Source: a virus. Taken from it: 64,000 bases of DNA. Under the pieces are notes generated by a model, which did no database searches, was not told the origin of the DNA, and was given only the letters and a program-made list of their open reading frames with translations. A program made the position numbers and the translations under genes. The stretch spans positions 1-64,000 of the IMG/VR virus record IMGVR_UViG_3300020457_000004; one strand, written 5' to 3'. Positions 1 to 9,172 of this stretch are shown piece by piece (positions within the stretch are counted from its first letter, which is position 1; each line of letters starts with the position of its first letter).

Positions 1-16
1 CAAATGTCAAGCAGAA

Positions 17-469
17 TTATGAGTTAAGTAAGAGTTGAAAAAACTCCATATTGCCTATTAAAAAGCCTAAAACAGCGGCACCACCCATCATCATCCATTG
101 TCTCTTTTCTAGTGACCTTATCCTATCGTCATGATGTTGAGCGTGTTCTCCCACTAATTCTCGTAATTCCATCACCGCATCCATGACTTTATCGCCATGG
201 GATTTTAGGTCTTTTGCAAGTTCTCTATTGGTTGTAGATATACGCGAATGTAATTGTTCGTACTTTTCCTCAAAAGTATCGTATGTTCTTTCTATGTCCA
301 CTTCTGTGGCTGATATTCTTTGTTCATGCACCGCTAAAACTTCTTTTATGGTAGTATTTAATTCTGTTATTTTCTCTATGGATGTGTCAAGTCTACCAAA
401 CAAACCTGTCATTTGTTTAATATCTGATTCCATAACTGCGATTTTTGTTTGTAGGTTAGCTTCTACCAT
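17..469 (-). CDS. Hypothetical coiled-coil protein with C-terminal transmembrane segment
   Basis: 150-aa ORF; heptad-rich body and hydrophobic tail WMMMGGAAVLGFLIG; overlaps the upstream gene. Confidence 0.6.
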   Translation of the reverse strand: MVEANLQTKIAVMESDIKQMTGLFGRLDTSIEKITELNTTIKEVLAVHEQRISATEVDIERTYDTFEEKYEQLHSRISTTNRELAKDLKSHGDKVMDAVMELRELVGEHAQHHDDRIRSLEKRQWMMMGGAAVLGFLIGNMEFFQLLLNS

Positions 470-1001
470 TACTCTGCCTCTTCTTTTTTCTTCTCTGAAG
501 AGGCATCAGACTAGGGTTTCTGCCTGGCTCTCCTTGAGCTCCAGTCCCTATTCCAGCAATTGCGCCACCGCCCATTGGGCCTGCTACATTTGCAATCTCC
601 TCATCCAAAGCGAAATAGGTGAACGGTGTCCTACCCATCTCTAACATTTTTGATTCTTTGATTACATTCTCATCCTCTGAATACAAATCAATCAATGCCT
701 CAAATTCACCATCTTCCATGTCATCTACATTTTGGTTTTCTCGTAGAAGTGCAATAGCGGCAGCAAATGTAAGAAGTCTCCTAGCAGTTCTATCTGGTGA
801 CTTCAGTAACGCTCTTTTTATTTTAAAAGCAAGTCGGTCTAGTAGAGTATAAGCATCCATCTCAGTAGCACCAGATGGTTCTTTTAACTTATTACCGTCT
901 TTGTCAACAATTCCCATCTGATATGCTGGATGTTTCGTAATAGGTTGTGAGAACATCCTAAGTATCCGATATGCGATAAGACTGTCAACAATTCTAGACA
1001 T
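456..1001 (-). CDS. Conserved hypothetical protein of marine T4-like phages
   Basis: 181-aa ORF; AYQMGIVDKDG motif recalled from cyanophage-type late genes; coupled to neighbours. Confidence 0.6.
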   Translation of the reverse strand: MSRIVDSLIAYRILRMFSQPITKHPAYQMGIVDKDGNKLKEPSGATEMDAYTLLDRLAFKIKRALLKSPDRTARRLLTFAAAIALLRENQNVDDMEDGEFEALIDLYSEDENVIKESKMLEMGRTPFTYFALDEEIANVAGPMGGGAIAGIGTGAQGEPGRNPSLMPLQRRKKKRQSNGRS

Positions 1002-1378
1002 TAAATTTCCCTTAATATTTTTATTACTTTCATGTCAAGTTGGATATCATCCCCCCTAACACCACCAGTAACAATTTGTTCCATTGGCATCCTGTTTAGA
1101 AATACCAAAAATGTTTTTAGTATAGACCAATGTTCTTTGTCTATTTTATAAAACAACAAAGGCGTTGCAGCCTTGTCAAAAACATTATACAAAACTATAA
1201 GATGATTAAGGATAAGTCTATCGTTTAAGACTTCTGTTCTTTCATACCTACGAAAAAGTCTCTTTAAGTACTTGAACCGTTTTACATCCTCTTCAAAATC
1301 ATCCATTCCAGAACACTCTGGACTATTATAATTTCTCAATGCATATACTAAATAATTATCTTCATTCAATTCAATCAT
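1001..1378 (-). CDS. Conserved hypothetical protein of T4-like phages
   Basis: 125-aa ORF with FEEDVKRFKYLKRL and RLILNHLIVLYNVF motifs. Confidence 0.65.
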   Translation of the reverse strand: MIELNEDNYLVYALRNYNSPECSGMDDFEEDVKRFKYLKRLFRRYERTEVLNDRLILNHLIVLYNVFDKAATPLLFYKIDKEHWSILKTFLVFLNRMPMEQIVTGGVRGDDIQLDMKVIKILREI

Positions 1379-1398
1379 TCATAAAATCTTTTTATTAT

Positions 1399-1845
1399 CT
1401 AATTGGCGACTGTGGCTGTCCCCCCTATCATCCACCACTTACTATTAGTATATAGTAGGGTTGCCGTATCGCCTGCATTATTGAATGTAATGGTATCATG
1501 ACCTAAGTCTGAATCGTCTAGTGTCAGAGTTACCGCACTAGAATTGCCATCCATAACAATAATTTTCAATTGACCCTCTGTACCAGCACCAATGGTTAAT
1601 GTACCACCTGTGCCTGGGTTTGTCAATCTAGTCACATTCGTTGCGACTGAGATTGCGCCTGGCCCTGTTACTGTATCCGCGTCTGCGATTGATACCTTAT
1701 CTGAAAAAGATACAGGTGTCGCCACATCAGCGAATAGATTTGCAGCTGTCACACCTTTACTAGTAGAACTTTGTACTAGATAAAAGGTATCTGCGGCTGC
1801 TACAGATGTAGCAGCCGTTAATTCTGAAAGTTTACTATCAGCCAT
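1399..1845 (-). CDS. Putative virion structural or fibre-like protein
   Basis: MADSKLSELTAATS start typical of phage fibre proteins; T/A/G-rich beta composition. Confidence 0.55.
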   Translation of the reverse strand: MADSKLSELTAATSVAAADTFYLVQSSTSKGVTAANLFADVATPVSFSDKVSIADADTVTGPGAISVATNVTRLTNPGTGGTLTIGAGTEGQLKIIVMDGNSSAVTLTLDDSDLGHDTITFNNAGDTATLLYTNSKWWMIGGTATVAN

Positions 1846-1895
1846 TAGTTACACTCTGGGCATGTACATGTACAACACTTGCAACATTTACACAT
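1845..1895 (-). CDS. 16-aa Cys-rich peptide MCKCCKCCTCTCPECN (not in ORF track)
   Basis: AAGGAG SD 7 nt before ATG; stop overlaps next start (TAATG); fills the gap between two genes. Confidence 0.65.
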   Translation of the reverse strand: MCKCCKCCTCTCPECN

Positions 1896-1906
1896 GCTTT
1901 ATCTCC

Positions 1907-2497
1907 TTATGCAGTTGCGGTAATTGTTCCACCAGCGGTTGCTTGTGCAGCTGAGATTGCTCTCTCCGCATTTCCACCACCGATTGCGTCTACCATTGTA
2001 GAACCGTTGAGGTCAATCGATTGAGCTGCGAATGAAAGTACATCGTCTGCAACAATTGTTGAGCCACCAGCACCTATCGTAGCACTAAATGTAAGTTTTT
2101 CACCAGTAAACGGTAAACTTCCATCCATTGTTAATGTAACACTAGATGCTGAACCGCCACCTGCTTGGTTGTTCGCTACATACATTAGAGGTGAAGCACC
2201 AGCGACTGTGATTTCCTCATTATAGTGAACATTAATTTTAAGTGTTCCACCATCGGATACATCAAAAGCTGTGCTTTCCCAATCTACAGCATCAATAGTT
2301 GCTTGTCCTAGTGAAGTTGCAAGTGAACCAAGTGCAACTAAAACTTCTGGAGTGGCACTTGTATTGCCATTTCCTGTCATAGTTGACCCAGCTTTTACAA
2401 CCCAACCACTAGAGTTAGCAAAGACATCTTCTTTCTGGTCTGCTGTTAACCACTTTGGTTTTGATTCGTCTGAATCATTTGCTCCCCATCCACTCAT
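1907..2497 (-). CDS. Putative virion structural protein (Ig-like beta sandwich)
   Basis: 196 aa; MSGWG...KPKWL N-terminus; G/A/T/S-rich; SD AGGAGAG. Confidence 0.55.
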   Translation of the reverse strand: MSGWGANDSDESKPKWLTADQKEDVFANSSGWVVKAGSTMTGNGNTSATPEVLVALGSLATSLGQATIDAVDWESTAFDVSDGGTLKINVHYNEEITVAGASPLMYVANNQAGGGSASSVTLTMDGSLPFTGEKLTFSATIGAGGSTIVADDVLSFAAQSIDLNGSTMVDAIGGGNAERAISAAQATAGGTITATA

Positions 2498-2530
2498 TTT
2501 TTCTCTCCTATGTGTTTTTGGTTATTAAAA

Positions 2531-4660
2531 CTATTTTGCATGATTCATGAAGTCCTTATGACTTGCATGGGCCTGCGATTGCATTTTTTCTTTATCAGCG
2601 GGTTTGCTACTCATGTATTTATTCAAGAATTTAGCGGCGTGTGCTTTGGAAACTGTGTGATGTTTACCATCTTTGAATTGCACTTTTTTGCCTACTGATA
2701 TTGCCTTCCTCATTTGAGGTACGATATGTTCGATTTCTTTGGCGTTCTTCGCGTCTGATACTTTAGGTGCATCCTTCTTCAATGGTGCAAGACCTCTCTT
2801 GTCATCCGCTTTGAAGTCCCTAGCAGCATCTCTAAATGCTTTGTTCTCATTTACTGCATCGTGAGCGCCATCTACTTTGTTAAAGAATTTCTTCTTCTCT
2901 TCTGGTGACATATTAGCAAGAGATTTACCTGTCTTCTTCAACATAGAATTAAACTTTTCTTTGTAAGACATCTCAATAATTTCATTGAAATCTTCTACAC
3001 CATCAAACAAGTCCAACCACTCCTCTTTCATGTTCTCTTCGTTTGCTTTTCTTAATGCTTTAGAAGCAACAGGATGGTCGGATAAACCTTTCTTGATTTT
3101 CTCCATTGCCTTAGCAGCACCTGTCATGTTACCACCTTTGTATCTCTTATCAAACGCGATACCTTTAGCCTGTCTAAGTTCCTTGTCGGTGTAGTTGTTT
3201 TTAAGAACTGATTGATATCCCTCTGCCATTTCGATATCCATTGCATCTAACTCTGGTAGTCCTTCTAGTTCTTCCTTGAGTTTTGCGTTGGCTTTGGTAA
3301 CCGCCTTGTCCATTTGTTTACTTATGGACTTGAGGGTTTTCTTACCCTTAGCATCCGCGTGTGCCTGATAGATGTCAAGAGTATTCTTAGCGACACCCTC
3401 TTTCATGAGTTCATCATGGTTCTTTTTAGCATATGCGTTTGCTTCTTTTTCAGTTTCAAAAGTTGCGACTTTTTTACCTTTCATGTTATACACACAAAAC
3501 TTGTTATCGCCTTCTTTTTTAACATGACTAGTAGGATTCATATTGTGTTCTTTGTCGGGATTATACCCATCACCCTTTTCTGCTTTCATCATGCCATACG
3601 CTTCTTTCATGCCTGGGTCAGTTTCTTTTTCTTCTCTGCCCTTCTTATCAGAAAGTCTTTTAGCTTTTTTCTCTGCCTTTAGTCTTTCCTCTTCGGACTG
3701 CCTAGTAGCCATGTCTTTGAATTTTCCTTCAGCCATGGCTTTTGCTTGAGCGAAAGGATTTTTTGTCCAATCAATATCCATTTTTTGTTCCCCTTGATTA
3801 ACTTCATCCGTCATGAAACCTTTCATAGGCCCTTTCTGGATGGTGTTCTTTTTGATTATATTTGATAACTTGTCGCGTTTCTCTGCACTCTTTTTCTTTG
3901 CTCTTTCTTTAGCAGCAGCCGCGTCTTTGTTTGAAATTCTAAATCCGCCAGTATTGTGTGATGCTTTATCACTTGACATTGCACCGTACTCGTCTAGTTG
4001 TTCTTCTTCTTGCACACCTTTAGGTCTTAATTTATTCTTTGCCTTCATTTTTTGTTTTATTTTGGCGGTGTCTTCTGGAGATTTTTCTGGGGGTCTGTTA
4101 AATTCATTACCATTATCGGAATCCAGAATTTTTTTAGACATGATTGAACCATACTCGTCCAATTGCTCTTCGCTCATGAGGTCATCGTGATTCTTTTTAG
4201 CATACTCATTTGCTTCTTTTTCTGTCTCAAAAGTAGCAACTTTCTTACCTTTAGTATTGTATACGCAGAACTTGTTGTCACCTTCTTTCTTGACATGACT
4301 AGTAGGATCCATATTATGTTTATTATCAGAATCAGAATCGTTACCCTTTTCTTCTTCTTCTGTTTGATATCTTTTCTGTTGTACAGAAGTTCTTGCTCTA
4401 TTGAACACAGTATCGTCACCCAATACGATGAACATCATACCGTTCAATAGTGTATTGACCGCGTTTCTTTCATTCGGCGCAGGCACTTTACCTTGGTTGA
4501 ATTTATCTAAACCGCGTTTTAAAATGGGTAATTGTGATGCAGGCATTAGTCCCTGTCTCACTAACATATCAAGGCGTCTTGACATATCTGCTTCTAATAA
4601 GGGAAAGCTTTCTCCTTGTGTAAGAACTTCCCTAATTACTCTATCTAGTCTGCTGGACAT
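2531..4660 (-). CDS. Large K/E-rich modular protein, probable capsid-internal polyprotein
   Basis: 709 aa; late promoter at 4695; repeated EEQLDE and L-x-E sites; duplicated 48-aa module. Confidence 0.6.
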   Translation of the reverse strand: MSSRLDRVIREVLTQGESFPLLEADMSRRLDMLVRQGLMPASQLPILKRGLDKFNQGKVPAPNERNAVNTLLNGMMFIVLGDDTVFNRARTSVQQKRYQTEEEEKGNDSDSDNKHNMDPTSHVKKEGDNKFCVYNTKGKKVATFETEKEANEYAKKNHDDLMSEEQLDEYGSIMSKKILDSDNGNEFNRPPEKSPEDTAKIKQKMKAKNKLRPKGVQEEEQLDEYGAMSSDKASHNTGGFRISNKDAAAAKERAKKKSAEKRDKLSNIIKKNTIQKGPMKGFMTDEVNQGEQKMDIDWTKNPFAQAKAMAEGKFKDMATRQSEEERLKAEKKAKRLSDKKGREEKETDPGMKEAYGMMKAEKGDGYNPDKEHNMNPTSHVKKEGDNKFCVYNMKGKKVATFETEKEANAYAKKNHDELMKEGVAKNTLDIYQAHADAKGKKTLKSISKQMDKAVTKANAKLKEELEGLPELDAMDIEMAEGYQSVLKNNYTDKELRQAKGIAFDKRYKGGNMTGAAKAMEKIKKGLSDHPVASKALRKANEENMKEEWLDLFDGVEDFNEIIEMSYKEKFNSMLKKTGKSLANMSPEEKKKFFNKVDGAHDAVNENKAFRDAARDFKADDKRGLAPLKKDAPKVSDAKNAKEIEHIVPQMRKAISVGKKVQFKDGKHHTVSKAHAAKFLNKYMSSKPADKEKMQSQAHASHKDFMNHAK
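3404..3547 (-). repeat. Copy 2 of 144-bp internal repeat (HNMNPTSHVKKEGDNKFCVYN...NHDELM)
   Basis: Near-identical at protein level to 4175-4318. Confidence 0.9.
4175..4318 (-). repeat. Copy 1 of 144-bp internal repeat (HNMDPTSHVKKEGDNKFCVYN...NHDDLM)
   Basis: Near-identical at protein level to 3404-3547. Confidence 0.9.
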
Positions 4661-4694
4661 TTGGTATCTCCAATATAAATTTGTTTATTGGTAT

Positions 4695-4702
4695 TATTTA
4701 TA
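4695..4702 (-). promoter_or_regulatory. T4-type late promoter TATAAATA
   Basis: Exact gp55 consensus upstream of 2531-4660. Confidence 0.8.
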
Positions 4703-4745
4703 AAGTTCAAGTGCTAGGGTTCTTAATAATCACAAGAACATAATG

Positions 4746-4955
4746 TTAAACTAAGTAATCTATGGTGTGTGAGTTAGTAACTGTTTGTTTATTACCATTA
4801 ACATCATAAATTGTTGTGTTGTAAATATCTTGTTTTACTTGAACTTGTCCATTTTCACCAGACAACACCTTAGTCACAACTTGCCTATCTGTCCAAGAGT
4901 GCATAGTAGTCGATGTTGGAGCAATTGGTGTTATGTGTATATTTGTTCCGTCCAT
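4746..4955 (-). CDS. Hypothetical protein
   Basis: 69-aa ORF coupled to upstream gene. Confidence 0.5.
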   Translation of the reverse strand: MDGTNIHITPIAPTSTTMHSWTDRQVVTKVLSGENGQVQVKQDIYNTTIYDVNGNKQTVTNSHTIDYLV

Positions 4956-5188
4956 TAGTAAATCTTTTTAATTTGGTAGTCAAAGGGTTCAGTAGTTCTT
5001 ATTTCAATCTGATTGTTATCTATATCTATACCTCTAAAATGGGTTTGTTTTTTGGTTTGTATTTTTTTCATAAAAAATACCTTTTTGCTTCTTACTTTCT
5101 CATCAGCAAATGGATTCAGTTTTTCTTTATTAAACCAAATAGTAACTTCGTATTCCTCTAACCAGAGTCTTTTCAACCACTCTATCAT
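4955..5188 (-). CDS. Hypothetical protein
   Basis: 77-aa ORF in the operon with AGGA SD. Confidence 0.55.
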   Translation of the reverse strand: MIEWLKRLWLEEYEVTIWFNKEKLNPFADEKVRSKKVFFMKKIQTKKQTHFRGIDIDNNQIEIRTTEPFDYQIKKIY

Positions 5189-5189
5189 A

Positions 5190-5666
5190 TCAGTCCTCTA
5201 CTTTTGAACCAGCCCTCCATTGCTTACAACTCCAGTATCTTGCTTTCCAGCGCGGGCCTGGATTGTCGCAATTGTGCCTTGCTCGAAATGACTTCCTTCT
5301 CTCTGGGTCATCTCGTTTAATCTCCATGTTAGGGTCACCAAAGGATACTTTTACAACATTTCCTTTGTCGTTCTTAACATGCACAAAAAATTTCTTACTA
5401 CCGCCTCTCTGGACTTTACCTAATTTGACTTTTTTCTTTTCACCCTCTTCTGTAATGATAGTGATTTCTTCGCCAGTCTCTTCAGATAAAGATTCAGATA
5501 CAGTCTTCCATCCACCACCAGCAGCTTTATACTTCTTAGCAGCCCACCCATTAGCATATGCTGATGGATAGACATCGAACTTCGCCTTTGCCTGTGATTT
5601 AAATTTAGACCATAACTTTGGATTGGTCGGTACATTTTTTTCTATTAGTTGTTTGAATGTAATCAT
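5190..5666 (-). CDS. Two-module basic protein with capsid-targeting-like N-terminus
   Basis: MITFKQLIE resembles T4 CTS MKTYQEFIAE; modules YPSAYANGW and SFGDPNM...SFRARHNC...YWSC joined by acidic linker. Confidence 0.65.
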   Translation of the reverse strand: MITFKQLIEKNVPTNPKLWSKFKSQAKAKFDVYPSAYANGWAAKKYKAAGGGWKTVSESLSEETGEEITIITEEGEKKKVKLGKVQRGGSKKFFVHVKNDKGNVVKVSFGDPNMEIKRDDPERRKSFRARHNCDNPGPRWKARYWSCKQWRAGSKVED

Positions 5667-7948
5667 TTCGTTTTCTTCGCCGCCTTTGGTTTGCTTGCTA
5701 ATTTTGGTTTAGCAAATGTTTTTTTACTTGCCTTAAACTTTTTACCCTTCTGTTTTGAAGCAGAAGCCAATGCTTTCTTTGGATTATACTTCTTCGCCTT
5801 CTGGGATTTCTGTCTTGAACCAGATTTTAATCTCTTCATTTCGTTCTTACGAACAATAGGTATCATCCTCTGAGCAATCCTAGATACTAATCCAGAAAAT
5901 CTCATGACCATACCTTCGATACGAGCTTTTTCAGCGGGTGGTAAAGAACCTATGTCTCTCCCTCTCGCAATTCTAGCTTTCAACATATTCCTCGCACCAC
6001 GAGTAGCACGCCTCTTCAACCTAGTTGGGTCAGCTGCCCTTCTCGCGGCTCTCATACGAGCAACTTTAAGTTTTTGTCTATTTCTCCTAGCAGCGAATCG
6101 TCTTTTCATTCTACCTTGAATGGATAGAACCTCTGTTATTTGTACTTCATCGTGCCAATCGTTGTCTTGGTCTATTTCTTCAAAATCTTCCATTTCATCT
6201 TCGTCATACATCCCAAGAGCTACCATATCTTCAAATGAGAGTTCATCAACTTCTCTCTCAAGTTCTTCTATTTCTTGTTCTTGAAATATTGCAGACCAAT
6301 CGTTATCAAGGGTAATAATTCCCTCAAAATCCATATCTTGTTCTTCTTTTACTGCCTTGTAGTGGTTATTGTTTCCATTAGACCTATTCTTTTTAGTGGT
6401 CTTACCAGGCTCGCCAGGCGTCAACGCTTTCATATATGCAGTTGCCTCTGGAGTGCCCCATTCATATTTGTATTCCTCATCCACATCGGTTTTAACCATA
6501 ATTGGTTTTCCACCCTTACCTTTCCTGTCTGCAACTGGGTCTTTTCTGCGTTTCCTTCTGGCAGATGTTGCTCTGTCATCTTTGGACATACTATGAGCTT
6601 TTGAACGAGGCATACACTTTGGTTTACCTTCGCCAGGCTCTCTTGCACAATCTCCTTTGATTTCACCATCTGTACCCACGCGAACCCAATCACCTTTTGG
6701 GCCTTTACCAAACCACTTGCGTAAATCTTCCATTGCCATTTGAGCTCTTTCTTCATTAGATAGTTTTGGGAATCCTTGTGGGGCAGTAGATTTTCCGTAT
6801 ACTGGTTTACCACCCTTAGTACCCAATTTTACTTTTGTGGTTTTAGACTTAGTTCTGTTGAAAGAGTTTGATTTGGAATCCCTGTCAAAAACTCCTTCAG
6901 TAGAAAGTTTAGCGGCAATCGCCATCTCTCTGCGTTTCTTTTTAGATTTACCTTTAAACTGAGGTGCATCACTCTTGTAAAAATCTTTGATGACATCACC
7001 CATATCCATCTTCTTGATATCTTCGGTTGGGCCATATCCCTTTGGTGTTACATCTCTGATAGTGGTCTTGATTTTTGGTTGTTTCTTATCTGGACTCCAC
7101 TTACCATCTTTCCATGTACCCTTGATTACATTTCCTTTCTTATCGAAATGTCTTTTTAAATGCGGTGGTAATTCTTCTTTGATTCTTTGTTTTAGTTCTT
7201 TTTTACCATATGTGATACAAGGGTCTTGTCCACACCCACAATTCTTTTTTTCTTCTTTAATGTTGCGTTGTTGTTTCTGGTCTTTAATCCATGCTTTCGC
7301 CCGTCTGTCTTGTGGTGGTCTCCTTGACCAAGACATAAGACTTCTATATACAGACATCGCACCGCTTTTAAAGTCTGCGCCATCTGAGTTATCTACAATA
7401 AACATATTTTGTTTGAAGAGGTTTGAAAATCTACCTATATTTTTTTGTACTGACTGCCACATTGGAGTAATTGCAGCTGGGCCCAATGTTCTAGTTCTTG
7501 CTTGGTCTCTAGCAACAGCAGTATCTAGGTCTGTATTAACCATTATCATGGCAGTCTCATAACCCAGTTTTTCCAAATCTTTTTTCTGTTTTGATATCTT
7601 GTCGTACTCTCTACCAGTACCGTCAATAACTAATCCAAGTCTTCCGTTTAGATAACTGTCTTGTCTTTTCTGTGTTAAAAACTTAGCGCGGTCTCTGAGA
7701 GATTGACCTTTTGTTGAGAATATATCCGCTGCTTTCATAGATAAACCAGCGTTTTTTAATGCGAGTTCAAATTGTGTGTCAGAGTTGACTACTTTGAAAC
7801 CTAGTGAATTTAGACCTGTTTGACCAACCATAAAAGACTTACCAGACCCAGGCCCGCCGGCAAGGAAAACTGCTTTGAAGATAGCAGGGTCATTAACTCC
7901 CTCTTCAAGCTCGGGTATGTCTACAAAGGCTGCAAAGGTCTTTTCCAT
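5663..7948 (-). CDS. P-loop kinase (zeta/AAA_33-like) fused to many small modules; probable internal polyprotein
   Basis: Walker A GGPGSGKS and LVIDGT; N-terminus MEKTFAAF...LEE; Arg-rich C-terminal module; late promoter at 7957. Confidence 0.7.
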   Translation of the reverse strand: MEKTFAAFVDIPELEEGVNDPAIFKAVFLAGGPGSGKSFMVGQTGLNSLGFKVVNSDTQFELALKNAGLSMKAADIFSTKGQSLRDRAKFLTQKRQDSYLNGRLGLVIDGTGREYDKISKQKKDLEKLGYETAMIMVNTDLDTAVARDQARTRTLGPAAITPMWQSVQKNIGRFSNLFKQNMFIVDNSDGADFKSGAMSVYRSLMSWSRRPPQDRRAKAWIKDQKQQRNIKEEKKNCGCGQDPCITYGKKELKQRIKEELPPHLKRHFDKKGNVIKGTWKDGKWSPDKKQPKIKTTIRDVTPKGYGPTEDIKKMDMGDVIKDFYKSDAPQFKGKSKKKRREMAIAAKLSTEGVFDRDSKSNSFNRTKSKTTKVKLGTKGGKPVYGKSTAPQGFPKLSNEERAQMAMEDLRKWFGKGPKGDWVRVGTDGEIKGDCAREPGEGKPKCMPRSKAHSMSKDDRATSARRKRRKDPVADRKGKGGKPIMVKTDVDEEYKYEWGTPEATAYMKALTPGEPGKTTKKNRSNGNNNHYKAVKEEQDMDFEGIITLDNDWSAIFQEQEIEELEREVDELSFEDMVALGMYDEDEMEDFEEIDQDNDWHDEVQITEVLSIQGRMKRRFAARRNRQKLKVARMRAARRAADPTRLKRRATRGARNMLKARIARGRDIGSLPPAEKARIEGMVMRFSGLVSRIAQRMIPIVRKNEMKRLKSGSRQKSQKAKKYNPKKALASASKQKGKKFKASKKTFAKPKLASKPKAAKKTK

Positions 7949-7956
7949 AGTAACAC

Positions 7957-7964
7957 TATTTATA
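7957..7964 (-). promoter_or_regulatory. T4-type late promoter TATAAATA
   Basis: Exact consensus just upstream of the ATG at 7948. Confidence 0.75.
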
Positions 7965-8184
7965 ATATTTTGATTAGTGTCGAAAGGTGCGTTACTATCA
8001 TTTCAGCAAATACTTTAAGTTTTTCTTCCTTAATATCTGCTTTTATTGCCTCTACATCTGTAAAATCTTCAACGAGTTCTTTATACTCATCTGGGGACAA
8101 CATTCCTTCATCTACTAAATGATTTAACTCTTTTAACTTTTGTTCATAGTGTTCTAAGAGTTTCCCCTGTGTTAGTTCTGACAT
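7960..8184 (-). CDS. Hypothetical protein
   Basis: 74-aa helical ORF, coupled to upstream gene. Confidence 0.5.
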   Translation of the reverse strand: MSELTQGKLLEHYEQKLKELNHLVDEGMLSPDEYKELVEDFTDVEAIKADIKEEKLKVFAEMIVTHLSTLIKIL

Positions 8185-8564
8185 TATTTTCTCCTACTAC
8201 CACTCAATTCAAGAGCGCGGTCTGTTACTTCATTTATATTTCGCCATTTCAAATTGCAGTAAGCATCGGATGGCGATTCCCTTTCATGCAATTCACCAAC
8301 CAAGTCATAGATTTGGTGGTAAATTTCAGCATTATTTCCATTTAATGTATGTTCCGCGTATTTAGATAGAAATGCAGACTTCTCATGCGCCTCGTGAATG
8401 TCTTCTTTTGAACAATCAGTAGATTCTGATATCAAATTTAAACGAACCAATTCACTAAACTCTGTACTGTCAAATTTATCTGGTAATCCACCAGTTATAG
8501 CACTACATCCCATAACAAATAATACCATAATAGATGGTAACCACATATACATAAAATTCCTCAT
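8184..8564 (-). CDS. Putative lipoprotein
   Basis: Hydrophobic leader ending in lipobox-like VMGC. Confidence 0.55.
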   Translation of the reverse strand: MRNFMYMWLPSIMVLFVMGCSAITGGLPDKFDSTEFSELVRLNLISESTDCSKEDIHEAHEKSAFLSKYAEHTLNGNNAEIYHQIYDLVGELHERESPSDAYCNLKWRNINEVTDRALELSGSRRK

Positions 8565-9169
8565 TAGATTTCCTCTAATTTACTCATTAATCTTTCTGCT
8601 CTATTGGTAACTTGGTCATACCATTTAGAGTCGCGTCCCTCGACAGCAGCTTGTTTCCAATCTTGTTTTTCTAATGCCTTATGCATATTTTTAAACTTCA
8701 TAAGTCTCGGCAATCCCATGTTAAATATCATATTGATATTGATATTTTGGACTTCTTCGGGCCACTCACAAAATCCAGACCAGCCGTATAAATTAACGGC
8801 GTCTCGGCAGGCAATTCCGATATCTTGTCTAAAGAGTTCGATAACTCTTTCTTCTGAGACTTCATCTCCGACTTCGTATTCTGATTCCTCGTCCTCTTCT
8901 TTAATGAGATGGCCGATTCCACAGGTGGGATACCCAAGGTGGTCAAGATAGACTTCATATTTTACTCCTTCATCCTCTTTTAGTTGTTCAAGAAGTTCTT
9001 CTCTATCTGCTACTTCTTCATAATATTCATCTGGTAAATCAGTTGGGTCAGAAATGCCTGGCCCGTTTTCTTTGAATCCGTACACACCCCATTTACCATC
9101 ATGCGGTGCCTCTGTTTCATCGAATTCTAATCCTGTTGTGGGAAGTAATCCCTCTAAATGTTTAGACAT
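8564..9169 (-). CDS. Phage lysozyme (GH24, T4 e-like) with acidic N-terminal extension
   Basis: Catalytic E-x8-D-x5-T (EGVKYEVYLDHLGYPT), GIGH, NMIFNMG, SKWYDQVTNRAERL. Confidence 0.85.
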   Translation of the reverse strand: MSKHLEGLLPTTGLEFDETEAPHDGKWGVYGFKENGPGISDPTDLPDEYYEEVADREELLEQLKEDEGVKYEVYLDHLGYPTCGIGHLIKEEDEESEYEVGDEVSEERVIELFRQDIGIACRDAVNLYGWSGFCEWPEEVQNININMIFNMGLPRLMKFKNMHKALEKQDWKQAAVEGRDSKWYDQVTNRAERLMSKLEEI

Positions 9170-9172
9170 GTT

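Noticed and set aside
3404-4318. Repeat pair as DGR template/variable repeat or CRISPR
   Set aside because: Both copies are in frame in one gene with largely synonymous differences; no reverse transcriptase or spacer array seen.
5663-7948. Zeta toxin of a toxin-antitoxin pair
   Set aside because: No epsilon-like partner; late promoter and polyprotein context; only the P-loop fold is supported.
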